Part shown: in pieces, positions 25,529-34,106 of the stretch
How positions within the stretch are numbered: the first letter of the stretch is position 1
How the letters are laid out: every line of letters begins with the position of its first letter
Source of the DNA: a bacterium
Lineage (GTDB): Bacteria; UBA9089; CG2-30-40-21; SBAY01
DNA: 35,259 nt
Assembly (NCBI GenBank): GCA_040757115.1
Contig: JBFLYA010000013.1
Location: 1 to 35,259 of the forward strand
Direction of reading: 5' to 3'
Position numbers and translations under genes: made by a program
Notes under the pieces: generated by a model
Database searches by the model: none
What the model was told of the DNA's origin: nothing
Seen by the model: only the letters and a program-made list of their open reading frames with translations

Positions 25529-26587
25529 TTATTCTTCCCTTTTAATCTTTTTTACCTTTGGAACTTCTGATTCTTCTTTCGTTAGTGAAGATTTCGTAGA
25601 TTCAACTTGTCGCTTCTCTTTATCTATATCTTCTATTCTGACGATGAAAATATCAGAACCTTCGCCTATCATACCTATAAAGAGTAATTTTTTACTATCA
25701 GTAGACCATGATAGTTCCCGCCATATTTTTGGTACATTCTCAATTTTTCTCAATCCACTTCCATCACTATTTATAAGCCACACCTCTCCACTTCCACCAA
25801 AGATAGCCATTTTTTTATCCGGAGACCATATTAAACCACAACCTGTATTTTCCATAATTAATTTATTTGTTCCATCAGGATTTTTTATCCAAAGGTCTAT
25901 CTTGGGTAATTTTTTCTCTCCAGTAATAACTGGGATTTCCCCTTCTTTTAAAGGAATACCATCTGCTGTAAAATAGAATTTCTGACTTACTGGGAAAGCT
26001 AGTGCTCTCCGAACTTGTTCCATTTCTCTAATCTTACTATGTTTCTCAAAGATAATGGTATGTCCTTCTCCGGGTGCCCAAATTGGTTCGTATTCATCAT
26101 ATGGGTCACCACCTAATACTTCCATCTTTTTTGTATTGACATCTATTACTACACATCTTCCAGGGTCAAACCTATGCCATGAAGTTTGAGCACATAAGAT
26201 TTTAGTATCATCAGGAGACCATTTTGGAAGTCTATAACTCATTATATCGTTAGGCTTAGGAGTAAGACATATTTCTTCTGTCCCATCAACATTCATTATC
26301 CAAAGAGTATCCCTATCTTTCCCTGTTTCTAAAATCCCATTTCTATCTGTATCTTCTCTCAATATATAAGCAATCTTCCTTCCATCATGTGACCAAGTTG
26401 GCTCCATCTTCATAGTTTTAGGGACAGTAGGAGTTATTTGTATAGCTTTTATAGACAACTCACTACTTTCTACTTTCTTAGATCCTTCTCCCATAAACTT
26501 GCTTTTGGCTATACCTACTCCAACAAGAAATAGTACCCCAAGAATAATCAATAATAGATTAATAAAAAATTTATTATTTTTGATCAT
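25529..26587 (-). CDS. Exported or membrane-anchored TolB/PD40-type beta-propeller protein
   Basis: N-terminal hydrophobic segment; PTWSHDGRKIAY, PKWSPDDTKI, PIWAPG, IWSPDKK and SWSTDSKKL repeats. SD GAGGTG favours the ATG at 26587. Confidence 0.82.
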   Translation of the reverse strand: MIKNNKFFINLLLIILGVLFLVGVGIAKSKFMGEGSKKVESSELSIKAIQITPTVPKTMKMEPTWSHDGRKIAYILREDTDRNGILETGKDRDTLWIMNVDGTEEICLTPKPNDIMSYRLPKWSPDDTKILCAQTSWHRFDPGRCVVIDVNTKKMEVLGGDPYDEYEPIWAPGEGHTIIFEKHSKIREMEQVRRALAFPVSQKFYFTADGIPLKEGEIPVITGEKKLPKIDLWIKNPDGTNKLIMENTGCGLIWSPDKKMAIFGGSGEVWLINSDGSGLRKIENVPKIWRELSWSTDSKKLLFIGMIGEGSDIFIVRIEDIDKEKRQVESTKSSLTKEESEVPKVKKIKREE

Positions 26588-26612
26588 TTTGATCACCTCT
26601 CAAAATTTTGTT

Positions 26613-29600
26613 TTAATGATCTTCTAACCATTGAGCTTCACTATAGTTGTATGGTGCATTAGGATATGTCCATGACTTCAGAAGTATATTTAACCTCTGT
26701 TTTATTTGAATTGCATACCTTATCGATTCTTCTGACATTAAATCATCTCTTACAATATACATCCAAGCATAACTCCTTAGTATTTGACCTACTCCTAATT
26801 CTCCTCCGTTATATCCAGCTAATGCCTTAGCTAACAAATCAATATTGTCATCTCCACTGACTTGACAGTAATTAAAAGCAGTATTTAAGCAGGGCACATT
26901 CATATACTGAGCCCCTGCTAATAAATTTCCATCGGGTGCATATAAGTTAGTATTTGCTGGTATATTGCCTAAATTATTATATGCCAAACTATTAAATGGT
27001 TGGATTTGTAAGAATCCTAATGCACCTCTAAAAGATATAGTAATTCTTCTATTCTGCCAGTGAGTGCCACTTGATTCCTGCTCTATCATGCCTCGCAAAA
27101 GTTCCTCTTCATCTGTACTATCAGGTGGAATATCTGTAATAATTCCTTCTGGTAGATTAGTAATATCAGCAGATGCATCCTCTCGCCATTGTGGAAACCG
27201 AGCATCATTTTGTGTAATTGTATTTTCTGCAAAGACATCTAACGCATTTTGAAAGTTATTACGATGATTAAGTAAATTTGTAATCGTATCTGCATTAACC
27301 TGGCTACCAGGTGGATTTAACTGATTTTCTGATAACCAGGTACCTTGATTTGCTCTCTTAAATCTAATCACCTCTTCTCTTGTATGAGGACCATACATAC
27401 CATCTATTTGATTTCCAATAAAATCATAGCATATAAACCTGAGTAAATTCTGCATCCTTTCTACATCATACCCATTTATATTCTCCTGTAAAACTCTACT
27501 TCCACTTCTTCTAACACCTGGATTAGAATACCCATCTGTCGGGTTAGTATCTACTACCGTACTTGTTGCTGGTTCTATACCAGGATACTCTGCTCGAATT
27601 ATTATATCACCTAATTGCCGAGTAGTCCTTATATGTAAGTGTCCTGTTGCTATTCCATTTTGAGTTAGCCCACTGGTTGTTCGTCTTCCTCTAAAATCTC
27701 CATAAGTTTGTCCTTGAACTACTCTAAATGTAACCAAATGATTATTGTCATCTGTATCTATTGGTTCCCCTGCATCTACTATACCATCATTATCAGTATC
27801 TATAATAATCTCTGCCCTTACCTCTGCTTCATGCTCTTCATCTGCTAATAGATATGAGTTTTCATCTGCCTGACCATAATGCCATGGAGTTTGTACCTGA
27901 TTATCTATATCAATTGGTCTTATGATTAATTTTATCAATCTATCCTGTGGTGGTGTAGTGTGACTTACATTTATTGCTAAATTTAGCCTGTCTTCTAAAG
28001 TCTCTGGCTGTTTTACAGGCTCACCCGGTATTACTGTCATCTTTAGATCATAACATCCTTCAGTTGCATACTCATCACTATCCTGTCTATGCCCATCCCA
28101 CCTAAAAAATGGGTTAAAATCTGGAGTTGTCGGCTCTGGCTTGGAGATAATTTCTTTAAAGACTAATTTTTGAGTCTGGGAATTATATATCTCTATTATA
28201 ACACCTCCACAACTATCCTGTAAATAATAAATTATATCTGAATAAGTTGTGGGAACTACATTATAAGGGCTTATATTATTCGGTTCAACCTTTAAAATCT
28301 TGATAAATGGCATCTTTGTGTTAGCCTGTATTTTATATATTGGCTCCACTGGATTTTCATTACCATTTGCATCCTTAGCAGTAATGATGTAATAATAAGT
28401 AGTTCCTGACTCTAATCCAGTATCATTGTAATAATTATGATTTCTATCAGTATTCCAGAATATATTTGTGTAAGGACCATTTGGAGTTTGACTTTTATAA
28501 AGATTGTATCTATCAAAATCAGCCTCAGTACTTCTACTCCAAATCAAATCTATCTCCGTCTCCTTCTCAGTAATATCAGTAACAGTCGGTCTTGCAGGAG
28601 GGGTGGTATCTGGTGGTGGTTCTTCGGTATATGGTGTAGCATAAGATTCATTTGAGGCATCAGTTTCTATGCCAAACTCACTTTCTGCCTTGACATAGTA
28701 ATAGTAAGTAGTATCTGCTATTACATCCGTATCATCATAATAGGTATCTTTGACCAATGATGCAATTTTAGTATAATTTCCTCCTGCTGGCTTGCGATAT
28801 ACATTGTATCCTGCTACTGTATCTATACTCCCTATCCAGCCTAAATAAACTATATTCTCTCCTCCAATAGCAGATAATCCCCACGGTGGCTCTGGTTTAG
28901 TTAAATCCTTTGGTATCTCAGAGTTTATTTGAGATAATTCACTCTCATTACCTGAGGTATCTACTGCGGTTATACCATAATAATATCTTTGTCCTGAAGT
29001 TAATTGATATGCAGTAAATGAGGTATTAGTAATATTATATGCTAACCCATCATATTTATAATAATAACTCTCCTTAGTTGGCGTACCTCTATCTCCTTCA
29101 TAAATATTGTAGTAACTCACATCATTATCAGGTGGTGCGGTCCATGATAGATCAAGTTCACTGCCATTACCTGGATCATTAATCTGTAAATTAGTCGGAG
29201 GAGCAGGAGGGGTGATATCTCCTGGTGATAAAGGAGCAGCAGAAACTACTGAAGAGGCTTCTGATTCATTCCAATAATTATCTATGGCAGTGACTATAAA
29301 ATAATATGGTTTTAATTCAGTTAAGTTACTAAATGTATAATCAGTTATATTCTTATCAACAAAAATACAATAATCAAAATTATAAGGAGTAATATATTCA
29401 TCATCCTTTATATGCACACAATAGTAATTTAAATCTAATTCAGAATTGGGATTCCATGATACTGTAATTTGTAGTACATCTGGTGCAGCCTGTAGTCCGG
29501 TAGGCTTTGATGGAGGTGTAGCATCTAATACTACTACCTGTATAGTATCTGTACCTGGATTACCCGCACCATCCTCTACATATAACTTAGTGGTATATGT

Positions 29601-31538
29601 CCTGGGGTCCCAAAAAGTCCAGTAAACTATCTCTCCTTCTTTATCATAATATCCATCATTTTCAAAGTCCCATTTATATGTTACTATTTCACAATCATCA
29701 TAAGATGCACTACCATCAAACCGGACTGTTTCTTCTTCATATACCCATTTATCATAACCGGCATCTGCTATTGGCGGTTGTCTATCAACTATTATTACTT
29801 GTGGTAAAGTACAGGTCCCCATATTCCCGGCGGCATCTTGAGCCCTGTACCAACAATATTTTTCACCATCTGTATCATAATAGTGTGCAACAGAAGTTGT
29901 TCCAGGAGGAATTTCAAGCCAGGTACCGCCATTACCCCAATAGTCTGCTGTCCAATTTATCCATGTTTTAATCACTCCAACATTATCATCATTCCTTAAA
30001 GTGGCATAAATAGTCCCATCATTATCATACTTAGTATCAGTATCTTTGTCATCCCCTAACTTCATTATCCATGCTTCTGGTAAAGTAGTATCTCTTACTG
30101 TAACTGTTATAATATCGGTATCAGTATTTTCAACATTATCTGTCACCCGCAGTTTTACTTTATATACCCCTGGGTCATCATAAGTATGATAAATAAATGA
30201 AAGCCAACTCCAGTCATCATATTTACCATCATTTTCCCAGTCCCATTCATATTTAGATATGCCAATATTATCTATTGAACCACTGGCACTAAATTCTGTT
30301 GAGGTATCTTCATCTATTTCTTTATCGCCACCTGCATCTGCTGTAGGTGGAGTTTTATCTATGGTGATATAATCATAAGTTTTGTTTTCATTCCCCGCTT
30401 TATCTTGAACTTTGTACCAGCAATATCTTTGACCCTCTCCAATATAAACATACCACTCAGATTTATGTGAAGGTGATATTTCTATCCAGGTACCACCATT
30501 ACCAAATTCATCTGTTGTCCAATTTATCCATGCGTTACTAACCCCAGCTCCATAATCCCAGTTATCTAATGTAGCATATACCCAGCCATCATTATCATAC
30601 AAATTATTCCCACCTTCTTCATCACCTAATACTACACTACAACCTGGCTTAGTATTATCAACTTTAACAGTAATATTCTTTTCTGCATTATTACCAGCCT
30701 TATCTACGGTGATATAAGATATATCATAACTACCATCTGCATAGTTAGTGGTATTCCATGAGTAGCTGGTGGCATATGTATCCACCACACCATTAATAAT
30801 AATGCGATAATCTTCAATTCCAGAGGTAGAATCTTGAGCAGAAAAACTAACTGTAACCTGTCCTGTAAGAATAGCACCATCTTTGGGATTATAATCGGTT
30901 ATCTCAGGAGCAACCGTATCAATCCCACACCAATAACCCGGCTCTGCGTATCCTGACCAATTACCTGCATAATCTTTTGCCTTAAATCTAAAGGCATATT
31001 TATTCCCATGACTACCAGAATACCAAAAATCATAAATAGTATTTTTACAATCTTTATAGTCAATAAGATCATTAATTGCTACTTCTACATCTCCTTCTGC
31101 AACTCCTGATGTCTTATCAGAATACTCAAGGTCAATATAAAGATCGATACTCTTTACCCAGCCTTTAGGGTAATTAATAGAAACTTCAGGTGGAGTAGTA
31201 TCAAGAGTGATAGTATCATCATCAGTCATACTATCTATTGGCTCATCCCACCAAAACCATGCATATACTATTTTATTTCCTTCTCCAGATGACAATGTCC
31301 AGGATTTAGATGTTTCAAAAGGTTCCCACTCACTCCAATCTGAATCCTCATTAGCAAAACACATCCAATCTGCCTTTGGAGTTGTTGATAAGGTAAGAGT
31401 AACATCACGAGAGTTTGTATAGGGAGCATTATTATTTATTACAATTGATCCTGAAACAGCTTTTACCTCAGCAATATTCAGTAAATTCAAGATAATAGAA
31501 ATGGTAGATATGATAAAAGATAACTTCTTAATACCCAT
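26613..31538 (-). CDS. Modular secreted peptidoglycan lytic transglycosylase: Ig-like, 2 PKD, 4 FN3, FlgD-like, PG-binding and SLT domains
   Basis: Signal peptide ending AEVKA. PKD motifs (ADAG.D...F..S.S.D...Y.WD.ENDG). FN3 motifs (P..PT.L...W......Y...Y.V.A.D..GNES). PG-binding motif G.DV..MQ.LL...IDG.YGP.T...V..F. SLT motifs MIEQES, GALGFLQIQP, N..AGAQYM and ALAGYNGG. Confidence 0.87.
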   Translation of the reverse strand: MGIKKLSFIISTISIILNLLNIAEVKAVSGSIVINNNAPYTNSRDVTLTLSTTPKADWMCFANEDSDWSEWEPFETSKSWTLSSGEGNKIVYAWFWWDEPIDSMTDDDTITLDTTPPEVSINYPKGWVKSIDLYIDLEYSDKTSGVAEGDVEVAINDLIDYKDCKNTIYDFWYSGSHGNKYAFRFKAKDYAGNWSGYAEPGYWCGIDTVAPEITDYNPKDGAILTGQVTVSFSAQDSTSGIEDYRIIINGVVDTYATSYSWNTTNYADGSYDISYITVDKAGNNAEKNITVKVDNTKPGCSVVLGDEEGGNNLYDNDGWVYATLDNWDYGAGVSNAWINWTTDEFGNGGTWIEISPSHKSEWYVYIGEGQRYCWYKVQDKAGNENKTYDYITIDKTPPTADAGGDKEIDEDTSTEFSASGSIDNIGISKYEWDWENDGKYDDWSWLSFIYHTYDDPGVYKVKLRVTDNVENTDTDIITVTVRDTTLPEAWIMKLGDDKDTDTKYDNDGTIYATLRNDDNVGVIKTWINWTADYWGNGGTWLEIPPGTTSVAHYYDTDGEKYCWYRAQDAAGNMGTCTLPQVIIVDRQPPIADAGYDKWVYEEETVRFDGSASYDDCEIVTYKWDFENDGYYDKEGEIVYWTFWDPRTYTTKLYVEDGAGNPGTDTIQVVVLDATPPSKPTGLQAAPDVLQITVSWNPNSELDLNYYCVHIKDDEYITPYNFDYCIFVDKNITDYTFSNLTELKPYYFIVTAIDNYWNESEASSVVSAAPLSPGDITPPAPPTNLQINDPGNGSELDLSWTAPPDNDVSYYNIYEGDRGTPTKESYYYKYDGLAYNITNTSFTAYQLTSGQRYYYGITAVDTSGNESELSQINSEIPKDLTKPEPPWGLSAIGGENIVYLGWIGSIDTVAGYNVYRKPAGGNYTKIASLVKDTYYDDTDVIADTTYYYYVKAESEFGIETDASNESYATPYTEEPPPDTTPPARPTVTDITEKETEIDLIWSRSTEADFDRYNLYKSQTPNGPYTNIFWNTDRNHNYYNDTGLESGTTYYYIITAKDANGNENPVEPIYKIQANTKMPFIKILKVEPNNISPYNVVPTTYSDIIYYLQDSCGGVIIEIYNSQTQKLVFKEIISKPEPTTPDFNPFFRWDGHRQDSDEYATEGCYDLKMTVIPGEPVKQPETLEDRLNLAINVSHTTPPQDRLIKLIIRPIDIDNQVQTPWHYGQADENSYLLADEEHEAEVRAEIIIDTDNDGIVDAGEPIDTDDNNHLVTFRVVQGQTYGDFRGRRTTSGLTQNGIATGHLHIRTTRQLGDIIIRAEYPGIEPATSTVVDTNPTDGYSNPGVRRSGSRVLQENINGYDVERMQNLLRFICYDFIGNQIDGMYGPHTREEVIRFKRANQGTWLSENQLNPPGSQVNADTITNLLNHRNNFQNALDVFAENTITQNDARFPQWREDASADITNLPEGIITDIPPDSTDEEELLRGMIEQESSGTHWQNRRITISFRGALGFLQIQPFNSLAYNNLGNIPANTNLYAPDGNLLAGAQYMNVPCLNTAFNYCQVSGDDNIDLLAKALAGYNGGELGVGQILRSYAWMYIVRDDLMSEESIRYAIQIKQRLNILLKSWTYPNAPYNYSEAQWLEDH

Positions 31539-31563
31539 TTTACCCCTTCTTTTCGCTTACTGA

Positions 31564-32406
31564 TTATTTTAATACCCCTAATTCCTTTTTAACCTTAGTC
31601 ATCTCCTTAGCCGCTTTATCTAATACAGGTGAACTTCGAGAATCCATTAATTCTTCAAGCACTTTCAGTGCCTCCTGCAATTTCCCTTCTTCTTTTAACT
31701 CAAGTGCCTTATCAAACAATTTTTGTTGGTGTTGAAGTATTTTTTCATGCCACTCTTTGTATATTTGTTTCCTTTTCTCATCAGATATTTTGAAATGAGG
31801 AAGGGGTTTAGGCTCTGGTTTAGGTGTAAGTATTCTTTTTATCTTTTTAATAGCCATTTCTGCCTCTTTTGCTAATTTACTATCTGCTTGGGCAGTATCT
31901 ACTACCTCCTGAAAACACGCTAATGCCTCTTTAAAGTTTCTTTCACGATAATATTTAATCCCTGAATTAAATTGATAATTTGGGTAATATTCTTTAGGTA
32001 TTTCAATCTTAGGAGTCGGTTTAGGTTGAGATAATAAAGCATTTTTTCTTTTTTCTTCATTAATCTTATCAATCATATATTTAGCTTGATTAGATGCTTT
32101 AGTATCTGGATATTTTTTGATAATTGATTCAAAAATTTGTATAGCCTCATCGTATTTTTTTTGATTAGCAAATTTTATGCCGTTGACCAGTTCTATTTCT
32201 GGCAATGGATTTATTTTGGATTTTGAATCTGGGATTTGTTTAAGATGGTCTTTTAGTTCTTCAGTTCCTGTTTTTTTTAGTTTTCCTTTATCCATCATCA
32301 CTTCCTTTTCATCTATACTTAACAATTTATCTTTTTCTGCCCAGGTTATATTAAAGCAAGTAATCAAAGTTAGTATTAAAACTAAAACAATAATTTTTTT
32401 AGTCAT
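31564..32406 (-). CDS. Exported TPR-repeat protein (BamD/CpoB-like helical repeats with Pro-rich linkers)
   Basis: Signal peptide ending TWA; KYDEAIQIFESIIKKYPDT, NFKEALACFQEVV and KLQEALKVLEEL blocks; SD GGAGGTG. Confidence 0.8.
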   Translation of the reverse strand: MTKKIIVLVLILTLITCFNITWAEKDKLLSIDEKEVMMDKGKLKKTGTEELKDHLKQIPDSKSKINPLPEIELVNGIKFANQKKYDEAIQIFESIIKKYPDTKASNQAKYMIDKINEEKRKNALLSQPKPTPKIEIPKEYYPNYQFNSGIKYYRERNFKEALACFQEVVDTAQADSKLAKEAEMAIKKIKRILTPKPEPKPLPHFKISDEKRKQIYKEWHEKILQHQQKLFDKALELKEEGKLQEALKVLEELMDSRSSPVLDKAAKEMTKVKKELGVLK

Positions 32407-32460
32407 TTTTTTTCACCTCCATGATTTAGTTTTAGTACACGGATTTATCGGTGGTGTCTT

Positions 32461-32489
32461 AATCTAGCATAAAGGTTGAAATAGTGTAA
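32461..32489 (-). promoter_or_regulatory. Possible promoter for the secreted-protein block
   Basis: Minus strand TTACAC-17 bp-TAGATT with an extended -10 TG; weak match. Confidence 0.3.
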
Positions 32490-32577
32490 GAAAAGGAGAT
32501 ATGGGGATTATGGAGATTAGGAGATAAATTCATTCTAAAATTTTGCAAAGGACTATGAATAATCTCCATCTCTCCCT

Positions 32578-32819
32578 GTAACCATTCAGCCACAGAGGCA
32601 CAGAGTTCACAGAGAATTAGAGAAATTAGCCACAAATGGACACGAATTAACCTGTGACATTCGATAAATGTAATGCGAACCTTTAGGTTCGCTTTCCTGC
32701 TTGCCAGAAGCGAGGCTAAAGCCTCGCACTACAAATCTTTTTATTATTCGTGTTCATTCGTGGTTATATATTCGCTCTGTGTTCTCTGTGACTCTGTGGC
32801 TATATCCCTGAACGGTTAC
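32578..32819. mobile_element. MITE type B with 8-bp target-site duplication
   Basis: Ends GTAACCATTCAG / CTGAACGGTTAC; CTCTCCCT duplicated at 32570-32577 and 32820-32827; reverse complement of 6647-6885. Confidence 0.88.
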
Positions 32820-32898
32820 CTCTCCCTTTTCTCCTTATCCCCTTTTGGACACCAAATTTGCATAGATTTCACTATTAGAGTTATTTTCAGACACCACC

Positions 32899-32937
32899 GA
32901 AAATTCGTAATCTGTGTCCGTAATTAGGCTGAAGGTT
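32899..32937. repeat. Internal fragment of MITE type A
   Basis: GAAAATTCGTAATCTGTGTCCGTAATTAGGCTGAAGGTT matches ~865-916 with one sub-repeat missing. Confidence 0.65.
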
Positions 32938-33045
32938 GATGGTTGAAGATTCAGGTATAGTGCCTCGTGTCTCCTCTCCTTCTCCCTTTCTCCGTTTCCC
33001 CGTTTCTCCCTTTCTCATCTGTCCTCTGATGACTGCTTGCTTATT

Positions 33046-34065
33046 TCACCTTAACGATTCAAGTCTTTCTTCCGGAGCAATAATATCTGCAATGCGAACA
33101 CCAAAGTTATCATCAATAACGACAACTCCGCCTTTCGCAATTAATTTACCGTTGACAAAAATATCGACTGGTTCATTAGCCATTTTATCTAACTCAACAA
33201 TTGAGCCTGAACCTAAATCTAATATTTTTTTAATCGTCATTTTCTTTCGGCCAATTTCAACACTAACATTCATTGGGACATCCATTAACAGTTTTAAGTT
33301 TGCTGGTAATTGCTCTGTTTCAGTCGGTTTCAATCTGGTAAATTGAACTGGATGAACTCCCGGGGCAAATGCTGGTTTTTCTACTTCTTTAGGTTTTGCC
33401 GTCTCTCCCATAACCGTTTTAACTATTGGTTTAGCGATATTTAATGGTAGCAACTGAACTAATTTACCTTCACTTAAATCACCTAATGTCAGATTGTAAT
33501 CTACCTCAACCACTTTACTTTCGCGGAATACAGGAAGGTCTTTGGGAACACCCTTCTGGAAATCAACGATCTTTATTTTAGGTGGGGAGGCGGTTACAGT
33601 TTTACCGATGGTCGATGACAAAGACACCGCAGAAGATTCTATCATTTGTCCTAATGCCTCACCCAGGGCACCTAAATACAAATCGTTTATTTCTTCAGGT
33701 GGTGAGGTTCCATCGCCACCCATCATTAAATCGGCAATCATTGCCCCGTGTTCTTTCAGAAAAACGATATAAGTTGGTCCTTTAATTCCACCAGAATATT
33801 CTACCTCAACCACAATTGCTGTGCCGGGGACCTCTTTTGTAATACTATCCGGAGTAATCTCATTGATTTCCGGAGCGGCAATAGTTACCTGTTTATTTAA
33901 AATAGTTGAAAGTGCAGTTGCCGCGGCGTTCATTGAAGAACCAGAAATATCTTTTAAAACACTACCTTCTTCTTTAGTCAATCCTGTTGTTCCTTCTTCT
34001 TCCTCTGCCTCTTCGCCTAAAAGAGCCTCTAATTCAGCTTGTGTAAGTTCATTTCCTCCAACCAT
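33046..34065 (-). CDS. fliY: Flagellar motor switch protein FliY (CheC-like domain fused to FliN/SpoA domain)
   Basis: N-terminal LTQAELEALL motif, AATALSTILNKQVTI..P and IADLMMGGDG CheC-like domain, C-terminal LLMDVPMNVSVEIGR...GSIVELDK...VNGKLIAKG.VVVIDDNFGVRI FliN domain. Confidence 0.92.
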   Translation of the reverse strand: MVGGNELTQAELEALLGEEAEEEEGTTGLTKEEGSVLKDISGSSMNAAATALSTILNKQVTIAAPEINEITPDSITKEVPGTAIVVEVEYSGGIKGPTYIVFLKEHGAMIADLMMGGDGTSPPEEINDLYLGALGEALGQMIESSAVSLSSTIGKTVTASPPKIKIVDFQKGVPKDLPVFRESKVVEVDYNLTLGDLSEGKLVQLLPLNIAKPIVKTVMGETAKPKEVEKPAFAPGVHPVQFTRLKPTETEQLPANLKLLMDVPMNVSVEIGRKKMTIKKILDLGSGSIVELDKMANEPVDIFVNGKLIAKGGVVVIDDNFGVRIADIIAPEERLESLR

Positions 34066-34106
34066 TGGATTTTCGCCTCCTTTTCACCGGTTACCAATTA
34101 CCAATT

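Noticed and set aside
26613-27510. Prophage endolysin or tail lysin, or flagellar FlgJ/SltF
   Set aside because: No phage genes nearby, and the enzyme is fused to a Sec signal and a long adhesin-like stalk. A flagellar role is not strictly excluded, but the architecture does not match.
6647-32819. Composite transposon origin of the cassette via MITE B
   Set aside because: Each copy has its own different target-site duplication (AAAATTC and CTCTCCCT), indicating separate insertions.
8054-33785. Numerous plus-strand ORFs of 60-170 aa
   Set aside because: Antisense to well-supported long genes, with no recognisable motifs.
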